A stretch of 64,000 nt of DNA from Candidatus Poribacteria bacterium. Its GTDB lineage: Bacteria; Poribacteria; WGA-4E; WGA-3G. How positions within the stretch are numbered: position 1 is the stretch's first letter; each line of letters opens with the position of its first letter. The notes under the pieces are model-generated. The model was not told the DNA's origin. It did not search any database and worked only from the letters and a program-made list of their open reading frames with translations. A program made the position numbers and the translations under genes. Shown here one piece after another: positions 48,624 through 61,694 of the stretch. The stretch is taken from assembly GCA_965200395.1 (NCBI GenBank), contig CBDAUH010000002.1, forward strand, positions 244,091 to 308,090, written 5' to 3'.

Positions 48624-49463
48624 TTAAAATGGTGGTGGTTTAGAATCTTTAGGTTCTGCATCTGTGGTATACTCGGTTTCCGGATCTTCTGATTCTTCGA
48701 CCGTAGGTACTTCACTTTCCTGATTCGCAGTGGTTAATTGCTTAATGCGGTTGCAAAGTTCTTCAAACATTTTGGGTGTTGTTTCAGCGGCTTTGAGTTC
48801 AGCGGAAAGTTGTGTCCACTGTTGTTCAGACATGTCGTTTCGGGATTCTACGCTGTATTTTCGTTTGATGTAATTCCAGAGATCTCCTTTACTTATGTCC
48901 TTTTCTTGGAGTGGTTCAGATAATTGGTTTGCAATAGCGAATGCTGCCTTCTGTGCATTTGAGATATTGTCACCGGTGGACTGCGGTATCTGCTGTTGTT
49001 TAGGGTTGTTGCCATCTACTTTACGTTTCAGATAGAAATTTAACACATCACGAATAACCGGGACAGGAAGTAACTGTTTAATTGCGTTTCGTTGTGCTTT
49101 ATGTATTGCTTTTGTGAATGCATAGGGATCAGGGCGATTTCCGTTCATCTTCGGCTGCTCGTATGCCCCCCATCGTGAATTGCCTGTAATTGTATCTACT
49201 GCTTTGACAGTGGCGATCCAAGAATTCTCACGTTCTTCATATTCCATCTCTTCTACTTGAATACCGCCTCTTCGGTTCGCAGCTTCGTTGATACCCGCCA
49301 ACGTCAATCCTTCGATAACTCGGCCTCCGACTTTGAAAGAGTATACGTAATCCTGTATTGTCTGTCCAGTCATCAGTTCAACTATTGCTTGATCGTCAAC
49401 TTGATCAACGACTTCATATTCAGCGGCTACAGGTACTATTTCACTGTTTTTTTCTTCAGACAT
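48624..49463 (-). CDS. hypothetical protein with an acidic C-terminal tail
   Basis: ORF; probable start MSEEKNSE. Confidence 0.35.
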   Translation of the reverse strand: MSEEKNSEIVPVAAEYEVVDQVDDQAIVELMTGQTIQDYVYSFKVGGRVIEGLTLAGINEAANRRGGIQVEEMEYEERENSWIATVKAVDTITGNSRWGAYEQPKMNGNRPDPYAFTKAIHKAQRNAIKQLLPVPVIRDVLNFYLKRKVDGNNPKQQQIPQSTGDNISNAQKAAFAIANQLSEPLQEKDISKGDLWNYIKRKYSVESRNDMSEQQWTQLSAELKAAETTPKMFEELCNRIKQLTTANQESEVPTVEESEDPETEYTTDAEPKDSKPPPF

Positions 49464-49501
49464 TGTTCTCTCCGTATATATATATTTGATACTATAGGAT
49501 A

Positions 49502-51065
49502 CTATAGTTTGGACATTTTTGGTCTTGTTATAGATTATGAATAGTTGGCAGCATTTCCCCGTTAGCACTTCTGAACAGGTGTTAGAACTGCTGCTAACGC
49601 CCCTTTTTTGTCTAAATTCTGTTAGAAATCACTGTTTTTTAGCCATCATTTTTCCAATAATCGTGAAAATAGTTGCTGCTGAACCATTTTCACATAGTAT
49701 CTTCGGGATTTTCAGTTTTTTCTGTGCGTTTTTCCCCGGGTCGTAACTCGTATAAAAATAGTTTTGTTGTAAACGTCGCTGCAAGTAAGCGGTCATCAAG
49801 CCGCGTGTGAGATGTTTCGGTTTATACCAGTGTATATTGAGTGTGGATAGCACGTCTTCTAAATCAAGAGAAACCTTGTCTGTGTCTGTGTCTGCGGGTG
49901 TCTTAGGCAATGGCGACGGACTGAAAGCGAGTTGTGTCAGCGTTGCTGCGGTGAAACTGAGTTGAGCGAACCGATCCAAACTTTTCCTGTCTCGGAGTTG
50001 ATAGGTGTCAAATCCGAAGTTTTCTTTAGCGTCCCGAAAGGCAGTTTCAATCTGCCACCGGTTTCTATAGTGTCGGATAACTGTTTCTACGGGCAGTCGT
50101 AAATCTGAAGTAAATACACAAAAATACCGATAGGGTTTAGACTTTTTCAAGCGTTTGCGTATCACAACGATGCGGACATCCACAGGACACATCTTTGTTC
50201 GCACGACTTTATCAGCGACAGAAAGTGTCTGATCCTCAACAACGATGTCTGTATACTTCAGGTGTGGAATAGACACACGGCTACCATACCGACGGGGTCT
50301 GCCTCTCTTGAGACGCTTAGGGCGTTTCGGTATATCAAAAAACGCTGCGTTTGACTTCGCACGACAAAGTAAATGATGTCCTTGTGAGAGTATCTCCGTG
50401 AACACTTTGCGTCTATTGAAGCCTCTATCAAAAACGATAAGACCCGGTGGCACAAGATTACATAAATGCTTCAGCACAGCGAGGCTATTTGCGTCCTCGC
50501 TTTTCGGTTCCATCATCCGTGTGGCTAATGGAAACAGGCGCGTGCCTTCGGGCGTTTCTGCCAGCCACCCAATCGCACCGAACTCGTGTCCGTGATGAAA
50601 CTTGGATTGGTTCTTGTTACGTGGCTGATACGCAGGGTTCCTGCGGAAATGCAAACCCGCTTGTTTTGAACCGCTACTTAGGGCATGTGTTTCATCATAG
50701 ACGTATACGCCCGTGGGGTAAGCGGATAGCACTTGATGGCTTAGCGTAGTGGCGACTTGATCCACACACCAGACACCACGTGAAAGAAACTTTGGCAGAG
50801 ACCAATACCGACCTGCTTGGGCTGTCGCAAGATAGATTTGTGTCATTGTGCCTCGGTAGGGCGTATTTATCAGACCTTTCACGAAAGTTTGAAAGTGATT
50901 GAAGTTGTTGTGCTTGAATAACGATCTGAATTGTGATAACATGTTGTCCAGGTAGGAAAGTGGGGTCATTAGACATACCCTTTCAAAAAGGTTTATATTT
51001 TCTAAAAGGATACCCGCTTTCCTGCTTTATGTCTATAAAAAAAACAAAAAATGTCCAAACTATAG
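49502..51065 (-). mobile_element. IS701/IS4-like insertion sequence, copy 1 (IRs CTATAGTTTGGACA)
   Basis: Terminal inverted repeats at 49502-49515 and 51052-51065. Confidence 0.8.
49629..50969 (-). CDS. IS701/IS4-like DDE transposase (446 aa)
   Basis: ...HYRNRWQIETAFRDAKENFGFD... W-x-IE-x-FR-x-K signature. Confidence 0.75.
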   Translation of the reverse strand: MTPLSYLDNMLSQFRSLFKHNNFNHFQTFVKGLINTPYRGTMTQIYLATAQAGRYWSLPKFLSRGVWCVDQVATTLSHQVLSAYPTGVYVYDETHALSSGSKQAGLHFRRNPAYQPRNKNQSKFHHGHEFGAIGWLAETPEGTRLFPLATRMMEPKSEDANSLAVLKHLCNLVPPGLIVFDRGFNRRKVFTEILSQGHHLLCRAKSNAAFFDIPKRPKRLKRGRPRRYGSRVSIPHLKYTDIVVEDQTLSVADKVVRTKMCPVDVRIVVIRKRLKKSKPYRYFCVFTSDLRLPVETVIRHYRNRWQIETAFRDAKENFGFDTYQLRDRKSLDRFAQLSFTAATLTQLAFSPSPLPKTPADTDTDKVSLDLEDVLSTLNIHWYKPKHLTRGLMTAYLQRRLQQNYFYTSYDPGKNAQKKLKIPKILCENGSAATIFTIIGKMMAKKQ

Positions 51066-51070
51066 TCTAC

Positions 51071-52469
51071 TATAGTTTGGACATTTTGGGACATTCAGGC
51101 TGCGTTGTCCGCAGGCAATGCTGTCTCTTTGTGAAAATCGGTGTGTATTTTCTGTGAGTTTGTTTTTTCAGAGTAAATCGCAGAAAATACCGCTCTGTAG
51201 AGCTGCCAGCGGAGATAAACTACACGCAACCCTTGTGTGAGACGCTTCGGATGATACCAATGGATGCCCAACTGATCACAAACTACCTGAGCACTTATCT
51301 CCTCCGCCGTCCCATCCCGTGGGGTGAATAGCAACTTCGTCAGACTTGCTGCAACGAAACTCAATTGCACAAACCGATTGATGCTTTTGCGGGATTTCAG
51401 GCGATAGTCATCAAAACCGAAGTGTTGCTTCGCATCCCGAAAAGCCGTCTCTATGTGCCATCTCTTGCGATAATATATAGCGATCTGTGGTATCCCAATC
51501 GTCAAATCTGTTGTCCATACACAGAAATACCGATAAGGTTTCGAGGTTTTCGGGCGACTTCGGATAACAACGAGGCGAATATCAGCATCGCACATCTTCG
51601 TTCTCACGACTTTGGAGGCGATTGAATACTTTTGGCCTTCTATATCCATAAGCGTATACCGCATCCTGCGAATATCCAAGCGGTCTCCATATTTTCGCGG
51701 ACGGCCACGCTGGCGATGTTTCGGCTGTTCCGGTAAACGATAGAAGACGGCATTAGACTTCGCACGACACAAGATATGATGTCCATAACTTTGAACCAGC
51801 GTAAACACTTTTCGCCTTGAGAACCCACGATCAAAAATAATAAGACCCGGAGCGATCTGGGAACAGATGCGTTTCAACACCGCATCGCTTTTATCACGGC
51901 ACGTCTGCGGCACCATCAGTCTCGCCCATACGGGGAATAGCTGCCAACCTGTAGATGTTTGGCAAAGTAAACCTAAGGCACCAAACTCGTGTCCATAATG
52001 GAACTTGGATCGGTTCACGCGACCCTTTTGATAACTGAAGTTGCGGAAAAAATGCAACCCCCACTGGCGTTCACCTGTTTTTATGGCTTTGGTCTCATCA
52101 TACACATAAACCCAGTTAGGAAATGCTTGCTGAACCTTTTTTGTCAGGTGTCCTGCGACTTTATCCGCATCCCATTTACCACGCGATAGAAACTTTGGAA
52201 AAGACCAGTATCGCGTCTGTGAAAAACCTGATTGATAAAGTTCCGTTAGCGTGCCACTATTTCCATCTGCGATAAATCCGAAAATAAACGCTTGGAAAAG
52301 AGCATAGTTTTGTGTGTTGAACAGATACTGAAAATCTGATAGAATGTCGTCTAAGCAGAAAAGGAGGTTCATTTTTTATTCTCCTTTCAAAAAATATATT
52401 TGTTTATGAAAGGATACCTGCTTTTCTGTTTTTTCGCACTAAAAATTTCTAAAATTGTCCAAACTATAG
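51071..52469 (-). mobile_element. paralogous IS701/IS4-like element (same IRs) in tandem, 5 bp after copy 1
   Basis: IRs CTATAGTTTGGACA at 51071 and 52456-52469. Transposase about 50% identical to copy 1. Confidence 0.75.
51095..52372 (-). CDS. IS701/IS4-like DDE transposase paralog (425 aa)
   Basis: ...YYRKRWHIETAFRDAKQHFGFD... Confidence 0.75.
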   Translation of the reverse strand: MNLLFCLDDILSDFQYLFNTQNYALFQAFIFGFIADGNSGTLTELYQSGFSQTRYWSFPKFLSRGKWDADKVAGHLTKKVQQAFPNWVYVYDETKAIKTGERQWGLHFFRNFSYQKGRVNRSKFHYGHEFGALGLLCQTSTGWQLFPVWARLMVPQTCRDKSDAVLKRICSQIAPGLIIFDRGFSRRKVFTLVQSYGHHILCRAKSNAVFYRLPEQPKHRQRGRPRKYGDRLDIRRMRYTLMDIEGQKYSIASKVVRTKMCDADIRLVVIRSRPKTSKPYRYFCVWTTDLTIGIPQIAIYYRKRWHIETAFRDAKQHFGFDDYRLKSRKSINRFVQLSFVAASLTKLLFTPRDGTAEEISAQVVCDQLGIHWYHPKRLTQGLRVVYLRWQLYRAVFSAIYSEKTNSQKIHTDFHKETALPADNAA

Positions 52470-52694
52470 TATAGTATAGGATAACATATTTTACATTATA
52501 CGTCAAGAAATATATACATTCGTTACAGAGCCGTTCAATTGTCGCGAACTTAGTGTCCTCCGCAATGCTGAAAAAGATAATCCAGGGAATGCCTAAATCG
52601 CATTCATACCTTTGATGTGGTGCTAATCCAAGATGCTGACAACCGAACGATGGCAGCTTTACCGAAGCACAGATTCTATGTCTAGCGAAAATCT

Positions 52695-53537
52695 TCAGAA
52701 CTGTATTTCTGCTGAAATAAAATCAGACACTGTGGATCCTTCGTATATACGTCCATAATTTACAATTACATCAATGATTCGCAGACCAACACCGGCTGTT
52801 ATATTTCCATCAGAACTTCCAACGCGCATGGAAAATAATGATGATGGCATCCATTCAATACCAAAGTATAATTCATGTTTTGCCCCCTCAGTTGAGATTG
52901 TGATGTCTACAGAAAACAGGTATCTATCATGTCGGTAGGCGGAACCGAGTGTGATCCACTGAATCCTATGTCTATTAAGATTTTGTAACAAGATTCCGAA
53001 TTTGAGTTCTGGACGCGGTTTAAACAGCAAACCCACGTCATAAGATGTGTGATAACCAAAGAATTGATAATAATCGGAAGGATGCCGGCGTTTGAATTTT
53101 AGGCTAAGTCCCGTAGCAAAATACGGACCGAGTTGCCGAGCAAAGCTGTAATAATTAAAATCTGGAACCCCACTTGATACATCAAGGGCAATTTTGTTTC
53201 CCCAATACAAACTGTTGCCACGCCAACTGAATCCAACACCTTTAGGATCGAACCGGTAATAGTGTTGATCATGGAACTTAGTTAGACCGAATAGTTTAAC
53301 GCCTTGCCACTGAATTAATCCTGCTGGATTCCAAAAACCTGCGGTAGCATCGTCAGCAACTGCAGTAAAGGCATTCCCCATTGATAATGCGCGCGCTCCA
53401 ACATAAAGTGGTCGTGCAATTTCAAACGGATATTCTGTTCGCCCAAAAGAAGATGCTGCCACCAAAATAAAACAGGTTACAGCTACACATACATGCAGTA
53501 TCTTAAAAAAACGCCCTGAAAATCCCGTTCCAATCAT
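52695..53537 (-). CDS. outer-membrane beta-barrel protein, tentatively PorP/SprF/PorQ-like (T9SS-associated)
   Basis: Signal peptide. ...ALSMGNAFTAVADDATAGFWNPAGL... Alternating amphipathic strands. C-terminal Phe. Confidence 0.35.
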   Translation of the reverse strand: MIGTGFSGRFFKILHVCVAVTCFILVAASSFGRTEYPFEIARPLYVGARALSMGNAFTAVADDATAGFWNPAGLIQWQGVKLFGLTKFHDQHYYRFDPKGVGFSWRGNSLYWGNKIALDVSSGVPDFNYYSFARQLGPYFATGLSLKFKRRHPSDYYQFFGYHTSYDVGLLFKPRPELKFGILLQNLNRHRIQWITLGSAYRHDRYLFSVDITISTEGAKHELYFGIEWMPSSLFSMRVGSSDGNITAGVGLRIIDVIVNYGRIYEGSTVSDFISAEIQF

Positions 53538-53772
53538 TATTTCCCCATAGATTTTCGTTAGTATTTTGCATAATATCTTTTGCTGATTGTATAAATCAGG
53601 ACTTTCTAAAGTATATTATAGTCAGGTGTTGATGTCAAGATGATCTGAATCTCTGAATCTACACCACTTGCATAAATATGCATCATTTGTTAAAATAACA
53701 CATTCATAGAAACAAAAACCGCAATTGATATTATTGCATCAATTAATAGGACATCCAATCTACCACAGTAAA

Positions 53773-54453
53773 ATGAACAAATTTGAATCTGGCACCCTTT
53801 ACCTCGTTAGCACGCCAATAGGTAATTTGGAGGATATTACCCTACGTGCCCTTCGTATCCTCAAAGAGGTAGATCTCATCGCTGCAGAGGACACCCGAAA
53901 AACACGCGGCCTCCTATCACACTACGAAATTAATACACCTATGACAAGTTATTTTGAAGGCAACCAGCATGCAAAAGCGGAAAAACTCGTCGAACGGTTA
54001 AAGTCAGGAGAATCCATCGCACTCGTATCAGACGCGGGTACACCTATTATTTCAGATCCTGGCTACCCGCTTCTGCAGGAATGTATCGCTGAATCAATCC
54101 CAATCGTACCGATACCTGGTGCTTCAGCAATTCTTGCAGCGGCCGCTGCCTCCGGCTTACCGCTTCACAACTTCACTTTTCATGGCTTTCTCTCACCGAA
54201 ATCCGGCAAACGAAAACGTCAATTAGCACTGCTTGCAAATGAAGAACGCACACTTATCCTGTTTGAGTCACCACATAGACTGTGCCGTTTCCTTGAGGAT
54301 GCAATTGATGTGATGGGAACACGTGACATAGTAATTGCGCGTGAACTTACGAAACGATTTGAAGAAATATTCAGAGGTAATATTAGCGAAGCTCTTGAAA
54401 AATTCCGAGACACTGAACCCCGCGGGGAATTTACTATTGTAATTGGAGCATGA
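53773..54453 (+). CDS. rsmI: 16S rRNA (cytidine1402-2'-O)-methyltransferase
   Basis: GTLYLVSTPIGNLEDITLRALRIL...LIAAEDTRKT... Confidence 0.85.
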   Translation: MNKFESGTLYLVSTPIGNLEDITLRALRILKEVDLIAAEDTRKTRGLLSHYEINTPMTSYFEGNQHAKAEKLVERLKSGESIALVSDAGTPIISDPGYPLLQECIAESIPIVPIPGASAILAAAAASGLPLHNFTFHGFLSPKSGKRKRQLALLANEERTLILFESPHRLCRFLEDAIDVMGTRDIVIARELTKRFEEIFRGNISEALEKFRDTEPRGEFTIVIGA

Positions 54454-55406
54454 AATTGTCTGATAAAATAAAAAATGATATTAACAACATTGCAGTCATC
54501 GGTGCAGGGTTGATGGGACACGGTATCGCACAAGAGTTCGCTTGTGCTGGCTATTATGTCTACCTCCACGACATTAACGAAGAACATCTTTACAATGCCC
54601 GCGAACAGATTGGTAAAAACCTAAAACTGCTTGCAGAGCACAGTATCATTGAACAAATGAGTATACCTGAGACACAGCAACGTATTCAAACCACAACTGA
54701 AATTTCTGCTGCCGTTGAAACAGCAGATTTTGTTGTAGAAGCAGTTACTGAGAATCTTCCGTTAAAACAGCACATTTTTCAACAATTAGACAACGTGTGC
54801 CAACCACATACTATTTTAGCGAGCAACACAACAGCACTGATGCCGAGTCAGATAGGTATTAACACTAAACGCACGGATAAGATACTTAACACGCACTACT
54901 TTAATCCGCCATACTTGATTCCACTTGTGGAGTTAATTCGTAGTCCCAATACTTCTGATGAGACGGTATCAATCACTTATGACCTATTAACTAATATTGG
55001 AAAAGTGCCTGCTATTATTGAGAAAGAAGCACTCGGATTTGTAGGGCCGAGGCTGCAAGCAGCACTCATCAGAGAAGCGTTTGCTATTGTTGAGCAAGGG
55101 ATTGCCAGTGCTGAGACTGTGGATCTCGTCGTGCGCAACAGTTTCGGGAGGAGACTCAGCGTTGCGGGCCCATTTGAAGTCTTTGAACTCGCTGGATGGG
55201 ATTTAGTACTTGCCGCATTTGAAGAACTATATAAAGACCTAAACAGTTCCGCCCACATCAACCCGCTTCTACAAGATATGGTGAAATCGGGAAAACTCGG
55301 CGTGAAGTCTGGAATAGGATTTTATCAATGGACTCAAGAACGTCAACAAACTCTCCATGACAAAATGAGTCAGGCATTGATTCATGCTATGAAGCAGGAA
55401 GAATGA
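54450..55406 (+). CDS. 3-hydroxyacyl-CoA (3-hydroxybutyryl-CoA) dehydrogenase
   Basis: NIAVIGAGLMGHGIAQEFA Rossmann motif plus 3HCDH N- and C-terminal domains. ATGA overlap with rsmI. Confidence 0.8.
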   Translation: MKLSDKIKNDINNIAVIGAGLMGHGIAQEFACAGYYVYLHDINEEHLYNAREQIGKNLKLLAEHSIIEQMSIPETQQRIQTTTEISAAVETADFVVEAVTENLPLKQHIFQQLDNVCQPHTILASNTTALMPSQIGINTKRTDKILNTHYFNPPYLIPLVELIRSPNTSDETVSITYDLLTNIGKVPAIIEKEALGFVGPRLQAALIREAFAIVEQGIASAETVDLVVRNSFGRRLSVAGPFEVFELAGWDLVLAAFEELYKDLNSSAHINPLLQDMVKSGKLGVKSGIGFYQWTQERQQTLHDKMSQALIHAMKQEE

Positions 55407-55555
55407 TTGTGTAGCATCAATCATGAGATTAAATTCTGCTTATCAGTTCTTGCAATAAATTGGTATATAAACAACCAAACCAATTGACACTATATATGCT
55501 TTAAGGTAAATTCTTTTCGAAACAACCTCATAACTATAATAAAAGGAATAAACTC

Positions 55556-56530
55556 ATGATTCGAATAGGTGTTATCGGAGTAGGTGGCATGGGTAATGGC
55601 CATTGCAACTCACTCCCAAATGTAGAAAATTGTGAATTTGTAGGTGTCGCTGACTTGCGACTTGATGCAGCTCAAGCAGTTGCAGAACGACACAACATCA
55701 AGGCATTTCAAAACTATCAAGAACTCTTTCCACTTGTTGATGGCGTTGTTATTGCTACACCGCCTATTGCACATACTAAAGTCGTGGTTGATGCTGCTGA
55801 AGCAGGCGTACATGCCTTCTGCGAAAAACCCCTATCTCTAACACTTGATGAAGCGGACGAAATGATCGCTGCACATGATAAAGCAAGTACACATCTGATG
55901 GTTGGGCAAGTTCTGCGTTTCTATCCTGTCCATGAACTCGGTAGAAAGATGGTGGATGATGGTGAGATTGGAGATATTGTCTATATTGATACAGATTATA
56001 CAGGACCTTACAATGCACCGCGCAGCCGGCCCGAAAGTTGGTATGGTACTGTCGGCGGATTGTTAGAAAATGGTATCCATAAATCTGATTTAATCAACTG
56101 GTTTGGCGGAGTACCGCTGACCGTCGCTGCAGAGGTTGGTAGCTTCTCTGGACATGATGATTGGGAGGACTATACTGTCTCTCTCATCCGTTACGATACG
56201 GATGTCGTCGGTATTCTCAGGTGGGGTGGTTTCCTTGGTGCCCGTGGCACAAATGAAACTATTATCGATGGTTCAGAAGGATCACTTCGCCTTGACATGG
56301 GAGCGGATGTTGCTTATATCAAAAAGCGTACAGGAGGGGACTGGGAAGAAGTGATACCTGATCGTTCCGGACCGAGTCACGTCGTCGGTGAACTCACACA
56401 TTTTGTTGAATGTATACGAGATAATAAAACACCAATGATTGACGGTAGAGGAGGCAAAGATGCCGTTGCAGTTGTCTTAGCCACATATCAATCGGCAAAA
56501 GAGAAAACGAAGATATCTCTTAATTTGTAG
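55556..56530 (+). CDS. Gfo/Idh/MocA-family NAD(P)-dependent oxidoreductase
   Basis: MIRIGVIGVGGMGNGH...VVIATPPIAHTKVVVDAAEAGVHAFCEKP. Confidence 0.8.
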   Translation: MIRIGVIGVGGMGNGHCNSLPNVENCEFVGVADLRLDAAQAVAERHNIKAFQNYQELFPLVDGVVIATPPIAHTKVVVDAAEAGVHAFCEKPLSLTLDEADEMIAAHDKASTHLMVGQVLRFYPVHELGRKMVDDGEIGDIVYIDTDYTGPYNAPRSRPESWYGTVGGLLENGIHKSDLINWFGGVPLTVAAEVGSFSGHDDWEDYTVSLIRYDTDVVGILRWGGFLGARGTNETIIDGSEGSLRLDMGADVAYIKKRTGGDWEEVIPDRSGPSHVVGELTHFVECIRDNKTPMIDGRGGKDAVAVVLATYQSAKEKTKISLNL

Positions 56531-56641
56531 CATAACCTTTCCAGGTTGTGCCTCGTATACGCAGCTTGTAGCACAAAAATGTAATACTACAGTCATTAGA
56601 TATGACGAAGGGTAGGCATAATGCCTACCCTTTAGAAAGGA

Positions 56642-56757
56642 TCCCGGCAGCGACCTACTTTCCCACGGGGTCACCCCCGAAGTATCATCAGCGCTGAAGG
56701 GCTTAACTACCGTGTTCGGAATGGGAACGGGTGTGTCCCCTTCGCTGTAACCACCGG
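56642..56757 (-). rRNA. rrf: 5S ribosomal RNA
   Basis: Reverse complement TCCGGTGGTTACAGCGAAGGGGACACACCCGTTCCCATTCCGAACACGGTAGTTAAGCCC...CGCTGCCGGGA matches 5S helices. Confidence 0.8.
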
Positions 56758-56824
56758 AAAGATATACATAATTATTTGACAACTGAATAGCGTGTGAGGA
56801 ATCGGTAGAGAAAAATAAGTTATC

Positions 56825-59858
<3,034 letters not shown>

Positions 59859-59949
59859 ATATTTTTATTCTACCGATTTACCCTCTACTATTCAGTTGTC
59901 AAAGAACGCCGCCTATATTCCCAGAAATGCAAGCATTTCATTTAGGCGA

Positions 59950-60022
59950 TGGAGATGAGCGGAGTTGAACCGCTGACCTACTGCGTGCAAAGCAGTTGCT
60001 CTCCCAGCTGAGCTACACCCCC
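59950..60022 (-). tRNA. tRNA-Ala (anticodon TGC), no encoded CCA, upstream of 23S in the operon
   Basis: Reverse complement GGGGGTGTAGCTCAGCTGGGAGAGCAACTGCTTTGCACGCAGTAGGTCAGCGGTTCAACTCCGCTCATCTCCA. G3:U70. Anticodon loop TTTGCAC. Confidence 0.85.
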
Positions 60023-60184
60023 TCGCGCAATGTGGTATTAAGTCAACCACTAAATCTGACGCAAGTCAAACTCTTTTCGTAAGCTATATTAGTATACTCT
60101 AAAGTCTACACATAAGTCAAATTTATTTTCAAAGAACCGGCTGAAATTTAACTTCCAACCTCAATCAGATTTTAAGTATACCAC

Positions 60185-60213
60185 ATAATATAGTGTATGT
60201 CAAATAAATTTTG
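60185..60213 (-). promoter_or_regulatory. candidate rRNA operon promoter on the minus strand (TTGACA-N17-TATACT), with a second TTGACA about 25 bp upstream and direct repeats aattttgtgtaaaatttca x2
   Basis: Minus-strand -35 at 60213-60208 and -10 at 60190-60185, about 160 nt upstream of tRNA-Ala. Confidence 0.4.
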
Positions 60214-60352
60214 CAAAAAATACCATAAATTTGTCAAATTTTGTGTAAAATTTCAAATTTTGTGTAAAATTTCATAAAAACGCATGTAATTAGCAATTTA
60301 TTTCAATGGAGTTATGTTGTTGATATGTTTCCATTTAGATTTTGTGATAAGG

Positions 60353-60637
60353 TTAGTGGCTAATTACTCTTCTCTGGTATTTAAGAATCATATTGACAGT
60401 AATGCGGTACACCCACGTTTCAAAAGACACTCGAAAGCGGAATTGGTGTAATGCGTTAAGCACTTGCTCTTTTATTTGACTCGTCAACATTTCTACATTT
60501 TCATCAGATCTCTGAATTCCACTTTTTTCAAATTCAGACAAAGCTATCGCTTTTATCCGATCTTTTAATATTTCTATCCCTTCAGTATCGCCTTCAATTG
60601 CTGCTCTTATCAATTTTTCGTCTAAAATTTTTGACAT
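60353..60637 (-). CDS. small protein with a sigma-70 region-2-like segment only (95 aa)
   Basis: ...FRVSFETWVYRITVNMIL... resembles sigma70 region 2.2. No region 4 is present. Confidence 0.3.
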   Translation of the reverse strand: MSKILDEKLIRAAIEGDTEGIEILKDRIKAIALSEFEKSGIQRSDENVEMLTSQIKEQVLNALHQFRFRVSFETWVYRITVNMILKYQRRVISH

Positions 60638-60668
60638 GTTCATTACCTCCATTTCTAAAATTTATCCT

Positions 60669-61409
60669 TCATTTCAGGTCCAAGAATTGATAAGGGTCAA
60701 TTCCTGCCTCTGCCATGTTAACAACCGTAATATCCGATGGGATATCACTTTCAGTAAGTTCACCTTTACCTTTACGTCGTTCGATGTCTATGAGAATTCT
60801 TCCCTTGTGCGGATCCCCGCGCATACCGGACATTGTCTTTTTCACAGTCCCATCTGACAGTGTAAGGTGTTCCCATTCAATATACACCACTCCAGGTAAT
60901 GTAGGATAAACCAATCCATCACTCATAATCCCACCAAGAGTACGTTTTCCTTGTTTCCAAAGTTTGATTTGCACGCGGAGCAATAGTTCCGATTCCGCAG
61001 TGATAGGACCAGTATAATCCCAAACATCTTGTCTCGGATAATCAGGTGGAACAACAGGATAGGGACCAAATCCATGAGGTGAAACGCGGACCACGGTTTC
61101 GCCTGTTTCCTCTATCTGTTCTATCGGGTTTGGATTGGGCTCACTGGGTACAGTGTCTTCCACCACACCTTCAGTTGCTCCGGCTATTGATTTCTCTGCG
61201 GTTGGAGTTGTGTGTTCTATAGACGATATTTCTGCTGGTGGCTGTGGTTTTGCCTTTTTATCAGCTTCCCACTGTTCCAGCAACTGATCAGCTTTCTCGG
61301 CTTCTTGTTTATATTCCGCCGTCGTGTGTTGGTAATACCAATAACACATAGCAGCAAATATCAACAAGAAGAACGCTGCACCGATGGTGATTAAGATGTC
61401 GCGAATCAT
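60669..61409 (-). CDS. hypothetical membrane-anchored protein; C-terminal 140 aa paralogous to 63418-64000
   Basis: N-terminal TM (ILITIGAAFFLLIFAAMCYWYY). Shared motifs FGPYPxVPxDY...KLWQQG...DPYQFL. Confidence 0.4.
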   Translation of the reverse strand: MIRDILITIGAAFFLLIFAAMCYWYYQHTTAEYKQEAEKADQLLEQWEADKKAKPQPPAEISSIEHTTPTAEKSIAGATEGVVEDTVPSEPNPNPIEQIEETGETVVRVSPHGFGPYPVVPPDYPRQDVWDYTGPITAESELLLRVQIKLWKQGKRTLGGIMSDGLVYPTLPGVVYIEWEHLTLSDGTVKKTMSGMRGDPHKGRILIDIERRKGKGELTESDIPSDITVVNMAEAGIDPYQFLDLK

Positions 61410-61694
61410 CTTATACCTCCTATGATTATGTTACACGTATACGTCGTGTAGCGTTTCCAATATTATCGGATATCCCTTTAAAGCATTCAGGGCACTCCAA
61501 AATTCTGACAAACAAAAATCCGCGTCCAAAAACGACTTTTGAATGCCTCTGATCTCAGGGTAAATTTCATTCACATTCATAAGATTTAAATCCTTTCATT
61601 GCAGTAAGCACTAGCAAATATACTCTGATTCTCACCAACATAGTGCCCACCCAAACTATACATTGAAATTGCAACAGTCATTAACATACATATT

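Noticed and set aside
60023-60352. 16S rRNA gene expected upstream of tRNA-Ala/23S
   Set aside because: No 16S-like sequence is present (no anti-SD or 16S conserved blocks). The region is an AT-rich leader or promoter. The rRNA genes are therefore reported as unlinked.
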